This document shows positions 23,841 through 36,835 of a stretch of DNA of 64,000 nucleotides, piece after piece. The stretch is from Heterodontus francisci. Lineage: Eukaryota. Position numbers and translations under genes: made by a program. Location of the stretch: NCBI RefSeq assembly GCF_036365525.1, contig NW_027140825.1, positions 1,550,001-1,614,000 on the forward strand, given 5' to 3'. Each line of letters starts with the position of its first letter. Position 1 is the first letter of the stretch. Under the pieces are notes generated by a model, which had not been told where the DNA came from, did no database searches, and saw only the letters and a program-made list of their open reading frames with translations.

Positions 23841-24494
23841 GCAGCCTGAATGCAGGATGTTCCACAATGCTGTTAGCCTGTTGCTGTACTTGGTCTCTGC
23901 AGCTAGTCCCACTCCCCCTGCCCTTTCTAAATAACACTGCACATTTTCCTTTCAGATAATTATCCAAATTTCCTTTTGAAAGCGACGATTGAAACTGCCT
24001 CCCCCGCACTCTCAGGTAGTGCATTCCAGATCCTAACCATTCACTGTGTCAAAACGTTTCCTCAGTTCACCTTTGGATCTTCTGCCAATTACCATCAATA
24101 AGTGACCTCTGGTTCTCAATCAATCCGGTGATGAAACATACAGACAGAGAAGGTGAATCAGGGAGACGTCGTGAGGAAAAGCTCAGTGGAAATGAACGGG
24201 ACAGAGGGAGACAGAGACAGAAAGATGCACACACACACAAACACACACAGATACAGAGAGAGAAAGAGAGTGAAAGAGTTGTAGACATAAAGCTGGATGT
24301 ATGCAGATAGAGAGAGAGAGACATTGTCAACCTACTCCACTCTGACTTGTTTACCTGGGCGTCACCATCTCTGCATCACTTCCTAATGCTCTTCCTGTTC
24401 CTCCCAATGATTTGTAAAGAGTGGGTTGGTTATTGACAACACTCATCACTCCTGCTCTCTCCCCTTTGCTGATTCAGACGGCAGCTTAAAGTAA

Positions 24495-24971
24495 ATGATG
24501 TATCCGTTACTGACTCTGATCACCCTGTTTCACCGTAAGGCATTTTATTGAAACAATAGTTCTACTTAACATTTCTTTAGGTGATGTTTTTATTTATTTA
24601 TTTCTCTCTGTCTCTCTCCCACTGGACAGAAGTTCCCTGTTTACTGATCTCCTCCTCTCCCTGTCTCTTTCCCAGATGTGAACTCATAGAATATCCACCA
24701 GACTCCCGCCGCTGTCTCCAAATTTTCTGAGGAGCAGGTGAAGTTGAAATGCACCGTGCAGGGCAGCAGTAACCCTGACATGTTCTGATACAGACAATAC
24801 CCGGGGAAGGAGCCACAGTTTATGTTTTACTCCACAGGTACTGATCACATAAATCCGGAGAAGGCGGTGGACGGTTTCACCGCCGAGAGACCGACTAGCT
24901 CCCAGTTCAATCTGGAGCCCTCCAGCCTGCGGGAGAATCACTCGACCGTGTATTTCTGTGCCTGGAGAGAT
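24495..24971 (+). pseudogene. TRBV: V7: family A (CAWRD type) pseudogene; leader to 24534, V exon 24676-24971
   Basis: TAG after VNS and Trp->TGA; paralog of V16. Confidence 0.93.
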
Positions 24972-25008
24972 CACAGTGACTCAGAGTTGGAGCAGTTCAA
25001 CAAAAACC
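24972..25008 (+). other. RSS of V7 (21-bp spacer)
   Basis: CACAGTG-21-ACAAAAACC. Confidence 0.9.
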
Positions 25009-26249
25009 CCAAAGGCAGCAGGAAACACCTGTGGAGGGTAAAACTGCCCGAAGCCTCGAATTTCTTTCGTTTTGCAGAGCGAAAGTGTTTATGATAACAA
25101 GAAGAGATGGGTCAGAGTGGTAGTGAGAGATTAGATATACAGGTAGTAGAGAATGTGCTAAGAACAATTGACAAGGATAACACGAGATCTGAGGTTCTAA
25201 CTATCAGGAAAGATCAACTATAAAACGACTTGAGTTCTTCTGCATTGACACTGAGTTTTCCTCCTCTGTAGGGTTAACAGAGGGTGCTCTAGGACCATGA
25301 ATGCACAATGGCCTGGCAAACATTTAATAGGAAAACAGAAAGAGGCAGAGATCATACAGCCCTCGAGCTTCATACACATTGACAGGAGAAGCACATTCAT
25401 CACCTTTGAGAGGGATACACACGCACTCAACGAGAGAGACAAAGAGAGATTGAGACAGACAGGAGAAGAGAGAGGAGAGCGAGGAGGACAGAGAGGGGGA
25501 ACAAGAAAGAGAGAGAGGGAGAACAAAAAACACAGAGGAAGAGACTGAGACAGAGAGACTGAGACAGAGAAACAGTGAGGGAGACTGAGAGAGAGAGACT
25601 GAGAGACAGAGAGAGACAGAGAGTGAGAGAGAGACAGAGAGAGAGAGACAGAGACAGAGAGAGAGAGACTGAGAGAGAGACAGAGAGAAAGCGACTGAGG
25701 GAAAGCGACTGAGACAGAGAGACAGACAGAGGAGAGAGAGGAGGACAGAGAGGGGGAAGAAGGAAGTGCGAGAGAAAAGCAAAAAAAACACAGAGGAAGA
25801 GAGTGAGACAGATTGGGAGACAGACACACACACACACAGAATGAGACAGGGAGAGAAAGACAGCAAGCAGTAAAACAGAGGGAGACAGTTAACTAAAGAC
25901 AGAGCGAGTGAAAAACACACGCACACACATGCACAGCTTTGTATCCGTGCCCATTCATCTTCCAGCTCATTGAATAAGAATATCCCGTGATCTCAGGATT
26001 GTAACTATCAGGAATGAATAACAATAAAAGGACTGGGGCTGTTATAGACTGACTCTGTGTATGTTTTCACCACAGGGACAGCTGAGGACGCTCTAGGACC
26101 ATGTGATGTACAATGGCTTTTGAGAAGGAGTTCACAGGAAAACTGAAACAGTGAGAGAACATACAGTCCTCCAGGTTGATATACATGACCAGGAGAAGGA
26201 AATCCACATCCTTAGAGAGAGAGAAGAGAGAGAGAGACACACACTCAGC

Positions 26250-26293
<44 letters not shown>

Positions 26294-26619
26294 CCTAATG
26301 TGTGTGTATCTGTGAGAGAGAGACTGAAATAAACAGACTGAGACATATAGGGAGGCACAGAAGAGAGACAGAGAGGAAGAAAGGAGCATCACAAGTAAAG
26401 GACAGGGAGAGACAGAGAGAGAGAGAGAAAGTGGGTCATTGGCAACCAACTCGATTCTCATTTGTTGATGTGGGAAATGAACGTCACCATCTCTGCATCA
26501 CTTCCTAATGCTCTCCCTGTTCCTCCCAATGATTTGTAAAGAGAGGGTTGGTTATTGACAACACTCATCACTCCTGCTCTCTCCCCTTTGCAGATTCAGA
26601 AGGCAGCTTAAAGGAAAAG

Positions 26620-26867
26620 ATGTATCTGTTACTGACTCTGATCACCCTGCTTCACCGTAAGGAATTTTATTGAAACAATAATTCTACTTAACATTTCTTT
26701 AGGATATGGTTTTATTTATTTCGTTCTCTCCTTCTCTCTCGTTCTCTCTCCCCACTGGACTGAATTTCCCTGTTTACTGATCTCCTCCTCTCCCTGTCTC
26801 CTTCCCAGATGTGAACTCACAGACTATCCACCAGACTCCCGCCGCTGTCTCCAAATTTTCTGAGGAG
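26620..26867 (+). pseudogene. TRBV: V8: family A fragment (leader 26620-26656 + FR1 26809-26867)
   Basis: Breaks after ...SKFSEE; remainder and RSS deleted. Confidence 0.9.
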
Positions 26868-27712
26868 TTTAACAGTGACCTGGGAACACAAGGAGAACAT
26901 TTATCACCTCGAAAACACTCCGCCCTTCAATGAGTTCGTGACTTTTCAATAACTTTCTGTCGCTCCCTCTCTCCATCCCTCTCGCTCCATCCCTCTCTCT
27001 CCATCCCTCTCTCTCCATCCCTCTCTCTCCATCTCTCTCGCTCCCTCTCTCTCTATTCCCCACTCTACCACTAGCTACAAAGCCGGCGTAAAATGGGAGT
27101 TTGCGAATTAACATTCCTGTCTTTTACAGGGGCAGTGACTGTCTCTCTATGTAGCTCGCTATTTCTCTACCTGTCTGACTTTCCCTCCAACTCTCTATTT
27201 CTCTACCTCTCTCGATATCAATCTATCTCTCTCCCTGGTGATCTATCTCTCTGTCTCTCTATCTATCCAACTCTATCTTTGGGTGATTACACTTTGTATG
27301 AACTAATTAAACATGCTGCACCAATATAATGAATGACCATCTTTTCCGGGATTTTCTATACATTGACCAGTAGATGATGTGGTTTGTCATCAATTATCTA
27401 TCAAAATCTTTTATCATCTTCAATATCTGTATCACATCTACCATTAACCTTCTCTGCTCTCAGGAGAGAAACCCCCAGCTTCTCCAGTCTCTCCACAGTA
27501 ATTGAACTCCCTCATCCCTGGTACCAGTCTTGTTAATCTCCCTCTAACCTTCACTACACAGAGGCGAACAACCCCCCAATGAACAGGAACTAACTCAGCT
27601 CGGAACCCTTAACCATCTGAGCGCTGTTTCACACTGTTGAAAGGCGAGATCCCTCTCCAGATAACTTCATCTCTGGGACACCTGCCTCCTGACAGCGAGT
27701 TCAGAAGAGCAC

Positions 27713-27995
27713 AAGTGTCCTTCTTGAATAATGGTACAACATTCGCTGTCCTCCAGTCCTCTGAGACCACTCCTGTGGCCAGAGAGAATTGAAAATTTGT
27801 GTCAGAGGCCCTGAAATCTCCTCCCTTGCCTCACATAACAGCCTGGGATATGTCTCATCCGGGCTGCGGTCTTATCCACTTTTAAGACTGCTAAAACAGC
27901 TAATACTCCTCCCTTTAAAAGCTAATATGTTCAAGTATATCACAACCCCCCTCCCTGATATCTACACCTACATCATCCTTCTCCATAGTGAACAT
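27713..27995 (-). mobile_element. Short CR1 RT fragment (copies ~29905-30185 and ~53722-54005)
   Basis: Minus strand reads EDWRTANVVPLFKK. Confidence 0.75.
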
Positions 27996-28422
27996 AGTGA
28001 AATATGCCGTTCTTACACGGTCTGGCCTATATGTGCCTCCAGACCAACAGCAATGTTGTTTACTATTAACTGCCCAGCAGGCATTCCCGAAGATGGTTCA
28101 CCACCACCAACTCAAGGGCAATAAGGGATGGGCACACTCTCCAGGTACAGAGGGTTGTTTCCCTGAATTCTACTCTATCAAATCCCTTTCTGAAATGTGA
28201 ACACCTCTATTCAATCTCCCCCTATCCTCCTGTGTTGCATCATTCTACAACATTGCTATGTAAAGTAATGGGGTGGAGCAGAGTGTTGCAGTAAGTGACT
28301 GCCAATCACAATGACAACCGGATGCTGGGTATTTAATTGGATACAATATAGAAACCGCCTGCAAGTGCGTTGTTGAAAACTCCACACGTTCACACATCGA
28401 GTTAGTATCGAATGAAGAAATC

Positions 28423-29257
28423 ATGTTGCATGAAGTTCTCAGTCTAATCTTGATGGCTGCACTCTTCCCACGTAAGTCAAAGTCAGAAACTGTGTCGAAT
28501 AATGTATTGTAATGTCAGCGGTGATTCTGTTCCATAACACTGCTGTGTCAGAGTCTCACTCCAGAACACTTGAGCTCAAAGTCAAAACTAACACCCCAGG
28601 TGTCAGGGCTGAGGGAGTGCTGGACTGTCGCAGAGGCAGTACTGCGGGTGTGCTGCACTGTCGCAGAGGCAGTACTGAGGGTGTGCTGCACTGTCGCAGA
28701 GGCAGTACTGAGGGAGTGCAGCACTGTCACAGAGGCAGTACTGAGGGAGTGCTGCACTGTTGCGGAGGCAGTACTGAGGGAGTGCCGCACTGTCGCAGAG
28801 GCAGTACTGAGGGAGTAACTACATTGGTTGCAAAGCCCTTTCTGATGTCCTGAGGTCCTGAACGGCGATATATTAATGTAAGCCCTCTCTTTCTTGCAAT
28901 GCAGCCCCTCCTCCAATCCATTATTGACTGAAATAATAATCTAATCGATGTTCCGTCCCACAGGAATACTCTCCTCCTATGTGGAACAGTCACCCTCCAT
29001 CCTATCGATTTCCGCAGGAGAGTCGACAACACTCAGATGCACGCTGAAGAATACTGGCTATACATTAATGTACTGGTACAGACAACAACCGGACAGGGCA
29101 CTGGAAGCTCTGTTCTATTCTGCTGGAACAGGGTTTGTCACCAATTACACATCCGAGTCATTTAAGGCAGACAGAGCCAGGAATACACTGTTTACTTTGG
29201 CACTGAGAGACGGCGCTCCATCTCACACCGCTGTCTATTTCTGCGCTTGTAGTATCG
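28423..29257 (+). CDS. TRBV: V9: family B V, potentially functional; leader 28423-28471, V exon 28964-29257
   Basis: Open frame, YFCACSI, intact splice sites. Confidence 0.93.
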
Positions 29258-29296
29258 CACAGTGTTTGAGAAAGCGGATCCGCAGCTGCAAAAACC
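29258..29296 (+). other. 23-RSS of V9
   Basis: CACAGTG-23-GCAAAAACC. Confidence 0.95.
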
Positions 29297-29333
29297 TGCA
29301 GCGGATGAACGGGAGTTCAGTGCTCATCTTCAA

Positions 29334-29348
29334 CTGGCAGGGGGCAGC
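29334..29348 (+). promoter_or_regulatory. Single RSS-proximal CTCF-type motif
   Basis: CTGGCAGGGGGCAGC 37 bp after nonamer. Confidence 0.55.
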
Positions 29349-30616
29349 AGTAGATTGAAGCTTATTGTTCATATCTATCTGTCCACCTGATTGTTTATCT
29401 CTCTGTCTCTCTATCTATCTATCTCTTTACCTGGTTATCCATCTCTGTCTCTCTATCTATCTAACTCTATCGTTAGTTCATTACAGTTTGTGAGAACTAA
29501 TTAAACATACTGCAGTAATGTAATGAATGACCATCTTTTCATCGATTTTCTATATATTGACCAGTAGAAGATGTGATTTGTCATCAATTATCTATCAAAA
29601 TCCTCTATGATCTTCAATATCTGTATCACATCTACCATTAACCTTCTCTGCTCTAAGGGCAGAAACCCCCAGCTTCTCCAGTCTCTCCACAGTAATTGAA
29701 CTCCCACATCCCTGGTACCAGTCTTGTTAATCTCCCTCTAACCTTCACTACACAGAGGCGAACAACCCCCCAATGAACAGGAACTAACTCAGATCGGAAC
29801 CCTTAACCATCTGAGCGCTGTTTCACACTGTTCAAAGGCGAGATCCCTCTCCAGATAACTTCATCTCTGGGACACCTGCCTCCTGACAGCGAGTTCAGAA
29901 GCGCCCAAGTGTCCTTCTTGAATAATGTTACAACATTCGCTGTCCTCCATTCCTCTGAGACCACTCCTGTGGCCAGAGAGAATTGAAAATTTGTGTCAGA
30001 GGCCCTGAAATCTCCTCCCTTGCCTCACATAACAGCCTGGGATATGTCTCATCCGGGCTGCGGTCTTATCCACTTTTAAGACTGCTAAAACAGCTAATAC
30101 TCCTCCCTTTAAAAGCTAATATGTTCAAGTATATCACAACCCCCCTCCCTGATATCTACACCGACATCATCCTTCTCCATAGTGAACATAGTGAAATATG
30201 CCGTTCTTATCCGGTCTGGCCTATATGTGCCTCCAGACCAACAGCAATGTTGTTGACTATTAACTGCCCAGCAGGCATTCCCGAAGATGGTTCACCACCA
30301 CCAACTCAAGGGCAATAAGGGATGCGCACACTCTCCGGGTACAGAGGGTTGTTTCCCTGAATTCTACTCTATCAAATCCCTTTCTGAAATGTGAACACCT
30401 CTATTCAATCTCCCCCTATCCTCCTGTGTTGTATCATTCTACAACATTGCTATGTAAAGTAATGGGGTGGAGCAGAGTGTTGCAGTAAGTGACTGCCACT
30501 CACAATTACAACCGGATGCTGGGTATTTAATTGGATACAATATAGAAACTGCCTGCAAGTGTGTTGTTGAAAACTCCACACGTTCACACATCGAGTTAGT
30601 ATCGAATGAAGAAATC

Positions 30617-31352
30617 ATGTTGCATGAAGTTCTCAGTCTAATCTTGATGGCTGCTCTCTTCCCACGTAAGTCAAAGTCAGAAACTGTGTCGAATAATGTA
30701 TTGTAATGTCAGCGGTGATTCTGTTCCATAACACTGCTGTGTCAGAGTCTCACGCCAGAACACTTGAGCTCAAAGTCAAAACTAACACCCCAGGTGTCAG
30801 GGCTGTGGGAGTGCTGGACTGTCACAGAGGCAGTACTGAGGGTGTGCTGCACTGTCGCAGAGGCAGTACTGAGGGAGTGCTGCACTGTTGCAGAGGCAGT
30901 ACTGAGGGAGTAACTACATTGGTTGCAAAGCCCTTTCTGATGCTCTGAGGTCCTGAACGGCGGTATATTAATGTAAGCCCTCTCTTTCTTGTAATGCAGC
31001 CTCTGCTCCAATCCATTATTGACTGAAATAATAATCTAATCGATGTTCCATTCCACAGGAATACTCGCCTCCTATGTGGAACAGTCACCCTCTATCCTAT
31101 CGATTTCCGCAGGAGAGTCGACAACACTCAGATGCACGCTGAAGAATACTGCCTATCTTACAATGTACTGGTACAGACAACAAGCAGACAGGGCACTGGA
31201 AGCTCTGTTCTATTCTGCTGGAACAGGGTCTGTCACCAATTACACATCCGAGTCATTTAAGGCAGACAGAGCCAGCAATACACTGTTTACTTTGGCACTG
31301 AGAGACGCCGCTCCGTCTCACACCGCTGTCTATTTCTGCGCTTGTAGTATCA
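30617..31352 (+). CDS. TRBV: V10: family B V, potentially functional; leader 30617-30665, V exon 31059-31352
   Basis: Open frame, YFCACSI. Confidence 0.93.
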
Positions 31353-31391
31353 CACAGTGTTTGAGAAAGCAGATCAGCAGCTGCAAAAACC
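31353..31391 (+). other. 23-RSS of V10
   Basis: CACAGTG-23-GCAAAAACC. Confidence 0.95.
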
Positions 31392-31428
31392 TGCAGCGGA
31401 TGAACGGGAGTTCAGTGCTCATCTTCAA

Positions 31429-31443
31429 CTGGCAGGGGGCAGC
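31429..31443 (+). promoter_or_regulatory. Single RSS-proximal CTCF-type motif
   Basis: CTGGCAGGGGGCAGC. Confidence 0.55.
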
Positions 31444-32757
31444 AGTAGATTGAAGCTTATTGTTCATATCTATCTGTCCACCTGATTGTTTATCTCTCTG
31501 TCTCTCTATCTATCTATCTCTCTACCTGGTTATCTATCTCTCTGTCTCTCTATCTATCGAACTCTATCTTTAGGTAATTACAGATTGTATGAACTAATTA
31601 AACATACTGCAGTAATGTAATGAATGACCATCTTTTCATAGATTTTCTATATATTGACCAGTAGAAGATGTGATTTGTCATCAATTATCTATCAAAATCC
31701 TCTATGATCTTCAATATCTGTATCACATCTAATTAACCTTCTCTGCTCTGAGGGCAGAAACCCCCAGCTTCTCCAGTCTCTCCACAGTAACTGAAGTCCC
31801 TCATCCCTGATACAAGTCTGGTTAATCTCCCTCTAACCTTCACTACACAGAGGTGAACAACTCCCCAATGCACAGAATCTAACTCAGCGCAGAACCCTGA
31901 ACCATCTGAGCGCTGTTTTACACTGTTCAAAGTCGAAACCCCTCTCCAGATACCTTCATCTCTGGGACACCTGCCTCCTGACAGCGAGTTCAGAAGCTGC
32001 TGAAAACTCTTTACCCACTTTCACCTCAGACTCGAGTCACATGTTCTTCAAAGAAACTAGCAGTTCAGACCAGTGAACAATTTAACCATTTAACTCCCAT
32101 TCACCACGGAGGTTCGGCAGCAGAGCAGTTATGTTACTGGGCTCGTAATCCAGAGGCCTGGACTAATGATCCCCAGACTTGAGTTCAATTCCCACACTGG
32201 CAGAAATGCAATTTAAATTCAATTAATTAAATAAATAAAAATCTGTCATGGAAAGTATGAGTAATCCTGAACATGGAGTGTCTTAAAAACCCAACGTCTT
32301 CATTGATTACCTTCAGGAAAGGAATCCACCATTCCTACCCGGTCTGGCCGATATGTGACTCCAGACCCACAGCAATGTGGTTGACTATTAACTGCCCTCT
32401 GATATGGCCCAGCAGGTATTCCCGAAGATGGTTCACCATCACCTTCTCAGGGGCAATAAGGGATGGGCACATTCTCTGGGTGTAGAGGGGCGTTTCCCTG
32501 AATTCTACTCTATCAAAGCCCTTTCTGAAATGTGAACACCTCTATTCAATCTCCCCCTATCCTCCTGTGTTGTATCATTCCACAACATTGCTATGCAAAG
32601 TAATGGGGTGGAGCAGAGTGTCGCAGTAAGTGACTGCCAATAACAATGACAACCGGATGCTGGGTATTTGATTGGATACAATATAGAAACCGACTGCAAG
32701 TGTGTTGTTGAAAACTCCACACGTTCACACATCGAGTTAGTATCGAATGAAGAAATC

Positions 32758-33656
32758 GTGTTGCATGAAGTTCTCTGTCTAATCTTGATGTCTGCCCTGT
32801 TCCCACGTAAGTCAAAGTCAGAAACAGTGTCGAATAATGTATTGTAATGTTAGGGGTGATTCTGTCCGGAACACTCCTGTGTCTGAGTCTCACTCCAGAA
32901 CATTTGAGCTCAATGTCAAGGCTGACAAACCACGTGTCAGGACTGAGGGAGTGCTGCACTGTCGCAGAGGCAGTACTGGGGAAGTGCTGCACTGTCGCAG
33001 AGGCAGTACTGAGGGAGTGCTGCACTGTCGCAAAGGCTGTACTGAGGGTGTGCTGCACTGTCGCAGAGGCAGTACTGAGGGAGTGCAGCACTGTCACAGA
33101 GGCAGTACTGAGGGTGTGCTGCACTGTCGCAGAGGCAGTACTGAGGGAGTGCAGCACTGTCACAGAGGCAGTACTTAGTGGGTGCTGCACTGTCGCAGAG
33201 GCTGTACTGAGGGAGTAACTACATTGGTTGCAAAGCCCTTTCTGATGTCCTGAGGTCCTGAATGGCGCTATATCAATGTAAGCCCTTTTTTTCTTGCAAT
33301 GCAACCCCTGCTCCATTCCATTATTGACTGAAATGATAATCTAATCGATGTTCCATCCACAGGAATACTCGCCTCCTATGTGGAACAGTCGCCCTCTATC
33401 CTATCGATTGCAGCAGGAGAGTCGACAACACTCAGATGCACGCTGACCAATACTGCCTATTCCTATATGTACTGGTACAGACAACAAGCAGACAGGGCAC
33501 TGGAAGCTCTGTTCTTTTCTGCTACAGAAGGGTCTGTTACCAATTACACGTCCGAGTCATTTAAGGCAGACAGAGCCAGCAATACACTGTTTACTTTGGC
33601 ACTGTGAGACGCCACTCCATCTCACACCGCTGTCTATTTCTGCGCTTGCAGTATCG
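32758..33656 (+). pseudogene. TRBV: V11: family B pseudogene; leader 32758-32806, V exon 33363-33656
   Basis: Start ATG->GTG; TGA at 33605 in FR3. Confidence 0.93.
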
Positions 33657-33695
33657 CACAGTGTTTGAGAAAGCGGATCCGCAGCTGCAAAAACC
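33657..33695 (+). other. 23-RSS of V11
   Basis: CACAGTG-23-GCAAAAACC. Confidence 0.95.
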
Positions 33696-33715
33696 TGCAG
33701 CGGATGAACGGGAGT

Positions 33716-33885
33716 TCAGTGCTCATCTTCCACCGACAGGGGGCAGCAGTAGATTGAATCTCTGTGCTCATCCTCCCCCGGCAGGGGGCAACAGAGAATG
33801 AATCTCAGTGCTCATTTGTCGCCAGCAGGTGGCAGCAGTAGATTGAATCTCAGTGCTCATTTTCCGCCAGCAGGTGGCAGCAGTA
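33716..33885 (+). repeat. 45-bp CTCF-motif array, 4 diverged copies
   Basis: Includes GCCAGCAGGTGGCAGCA twice. Confidence 0.88.
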
Positions 33886-34762
33886 TTTTTGAGCCACCCT
33901 GATGGTTATGGGCCCAGTAATGAGCACAGACCGAGCTGTCGAATAGATCAGCAGCCCAGTGTGACCCAGATATTGTTGAACCTACTTCCCTTTGGCCAGT
34001 GTTGCAGGAAATGATTGCCAGGACTCCCAGCTGACTATTTGTGAATCAACATCGGCCTGTTTTTCTTAATTCGTTCATGAGATGTGGGCCTCGCCAGCGA
34101 GGCCAGCATTTATTGCCCATTCCTAATAGCCCTTGAACTGGATGACTTGCTTGGTCATTGCAGAGGGCTTTTAAGAGTCAACCACAATGTGTGGATCTGG
34201 AGTCACAAGTAGGCCAGACCAGGTGAAGGAGGCAGATTTTCATCCCTAATGGACATCAGTGAACTAAATGGATTGCTGCAATTTCATGATCTGTATTGGT
34301 GGGATTCACCCTCACGTTACGAAAACACTAGCTGAGGCTGTGGATGAGGAGTCTAGTTAAATTAGCAACACACGAATACATCCTCCACAAGAGCAGATCA
34401 TTTGGAATCCAGATGTCTATCATTGGGAATCTACATGTGGCTAATTTGGGAATGCCGATGAGGTTTATTTGGAATCTGGATATGAACAGTTGGAGATTTC
34501 TAATCAATAAGTTAGGAACTGAACAACAGACACCCTTGTTGAGGATGTTAACAACACTTAATCCAGTCACTCAGCCATCATAAGCAACCACGTCCATTCT
34601 GATTGGTTGGGTGGTGGAAGGGGGCGTGTCCAACACTGCATCACGTCTTCATGCCCTTCATGTCTTACTCAATGATTTGTCAGGAGCGGATTGGTTAGCC
34701 ACAGAACTGATCTCATCTGTTCCACTGCCTTTGCTGTTTGACAGGGCAGTGTCAAGTGGGAG

Positions 34763-35214
34763 ATGTATCTGTTCCTGGCTCTGATAATCCTGGTTCAACG
34801 TAAGTGCCAAATACAAAGATTATCAGTCAGAACCTTCCTCTCCTCTCCCTGTCTTTCTTTCATTCCCAGAAATTCCCTGTTTACTGATCTCCTCCTCTCT
34901 CCATCTCTCTCCCAGATGTGAACTCACAGACTATCCACCAGATTCCCGCCGCTGTCTCCAGATTTCCCGGGAAAGGAGTGGAACTGATGTGCACTGTGGA
35001 GGGGAGCAGCAGTAACCTCAACATGTACTGGTACAGACAATACCCGGGGAACGAGCCGCTGTTGATGTTTTACTCCAATACTGCTAACTATGTGGATCCA
35101 GAGGGGACAGTGGATGGTTTCACCGCCGAGAGACAGACTGATTCCCAGTTCAACCTGGAGTCCTCCAGCCTTCGGGAGAATCACTCGGCCGTGTATTTCT
35201 GTGCCTGGAGTCTT
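34763..35214 (+). CDS. TRBV: V12: family A V, open frame but inactive RSS; leader 34763-34799, V exon 34916-35214
   Basis: MYLFLALIILVQ-H-VNSQTIHQIP...YFCAWSL. Confidence 0.88.
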
Positions 35215-35253
35215 CAGACTGACTCAGAGAGATGGTGCAGTTCAACAAAAACC
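35215..35253 (+). other. Defective 23-RSS of V12
   Basis: CAGACTG-23-ACAAAAACC; essential CAC broken. Confidence 0.9.
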
Positions 35254-36207
35254 CCAAAGGCAGCAGGAAATACCTGTTTCAGATAAAATCAGGCGGTGCT
35301 GCATCCTGTTGGGTGTTTTTATCATTGGGAACATGTTTTTCACAAGAAGACAGGCGGATTTCAATAGAAAGTAACAGGTTAGATATGGAAACACATGAGA
35401 ATTGTGAAATCGACTTCACAGGAATGATATCAGAACACAGAGGTTAAAGTTATCAAGATAGTTTGAACATCAGGGGATCTTTGCTCCAGAAAGGAGAAAC
35501 TGAAGGGTAAACATTCAGCGTTCTTAGAGAGATTATTAAAGATTTTAATATGTGAAATGAAGATCAGATAAATACAGATAGATAGAGAGATCGATAGATA
35601 GAGAGATAGATACATACGTTGTCGTTTTATGTCACTGTGTTTTTTTTCTCCAAAGGGACAGCGGAGTGCGCTGTAGGACCATGATAAACATCAGAGTCTG
35701 GAACACACTTTAACAGTGACCTGGGAACACAAGGAGAACATTCATCACCTCGGAAACACACCGCCCTTCAAGGAGATCATGACTGATCAATAACTTCCTG
35801 TCGCTCCCTCTCTCCATCCCTCTCTCTCACTCTCTCCATCTCTCTCTCTCCCTCTCTCCAACAGTCTCCCTCCATTCCTCTCTCTCCCTCCCTCTCTTTC
35901 CCTCTCCCTCCATCCCTCTACCTCATTCTAGTTACCAAGCTGGTGTAAAATGAGAGAATGCCAATTAACATCCCTGTCTTTTGCAGGGGCAGTGACTGTC
36001 TCTCTGTCTGGCTCGTTATTTCTCTACCTCTCTGAATTTCCCTCTATCTCTCTATTTCTCAACCTCTCTCTATATCTATCTGTCTACCTGACTGTCTCTC
36101 TATCCAGCTTGCTATTTCTCTACCTATCTGAGTTTCCCTCGATCCACCTCTCTCTCTCTGTATCTACCTGTCTACCTGACTGTCTCTCTATCTATCCATC
36201 TCTCTAA

Positions 36208-36832
36208 CTGGTTATCTATCTCTCTGTCTCTCTATCTATATATCTCTCTAACTGGTTATCTATCTCTCTGTCTCTCTATCTATATATCTCTCTACCTGGT
36301 TATCTATCTCTCTGTCTCTCTATCTATATATCTCTCTAACTGGTTATCTATCTCTCTGTCTCTCTATCTATATATCTCTCTACCTGGTTATCTATCTCTC
36401 TGTCTCTCTATCGAAATATCTCTCTAACTGGTTATCTATCACTCTGTCTCTCGATCTATATATCTCTCTAACTGGTTATCTATCACTCTGTCTCTCTATC
36501 TATATATCTCTCTAACTGGTTATCTATCTCTCTGTCTCTCTATCTATATATCTCTCTACCTGGTTATCTATCACTCTGTCTCTCTATCTATATATCTCTC
36601 TACCTGGTTACCTATCTCTCTGTCTCTCTATCTATATATCTCTCTAACTGGTTACCTATCACTCTGTCTCTCTATCTATATATCTCTCTAACTGGTTATC
36701 TATCACTCTGTCTCTCTATCTATCTATCTCTCTACCTGGTTACCTATCACTCTGTCTCTGGATCTATCTATCTCTTACCTGGTTATCTATCTCTCTGTCT
36801 CTCTATCTGTATATCTCTCTAACTGGTTATCT
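36208..36832. repeat. 44-bp minisatellite (CTGGTTATCTATCTCTCTGTCTCTCTATCTATATATCTCTCTAA)n, ~14 copies
   Basis: Period 44 (36208, 36252, 36296). Confidence 0.9.
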
Positions 36833-36835
36833 ATC

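Noticed and set aside
25218-25926. Long Ser/Leu-rich minus-strand ORFs (also 48738-49568, 51040-51767)
   Set aside because: (GA)n-rich low-complexity sequence
27789-28124. Thrice-repeated 111-aa ORF MKICVRGPEISS...
   Set aside because: Antisense of a CR1 fragment fused to SINE sequence, repeated only through duplication
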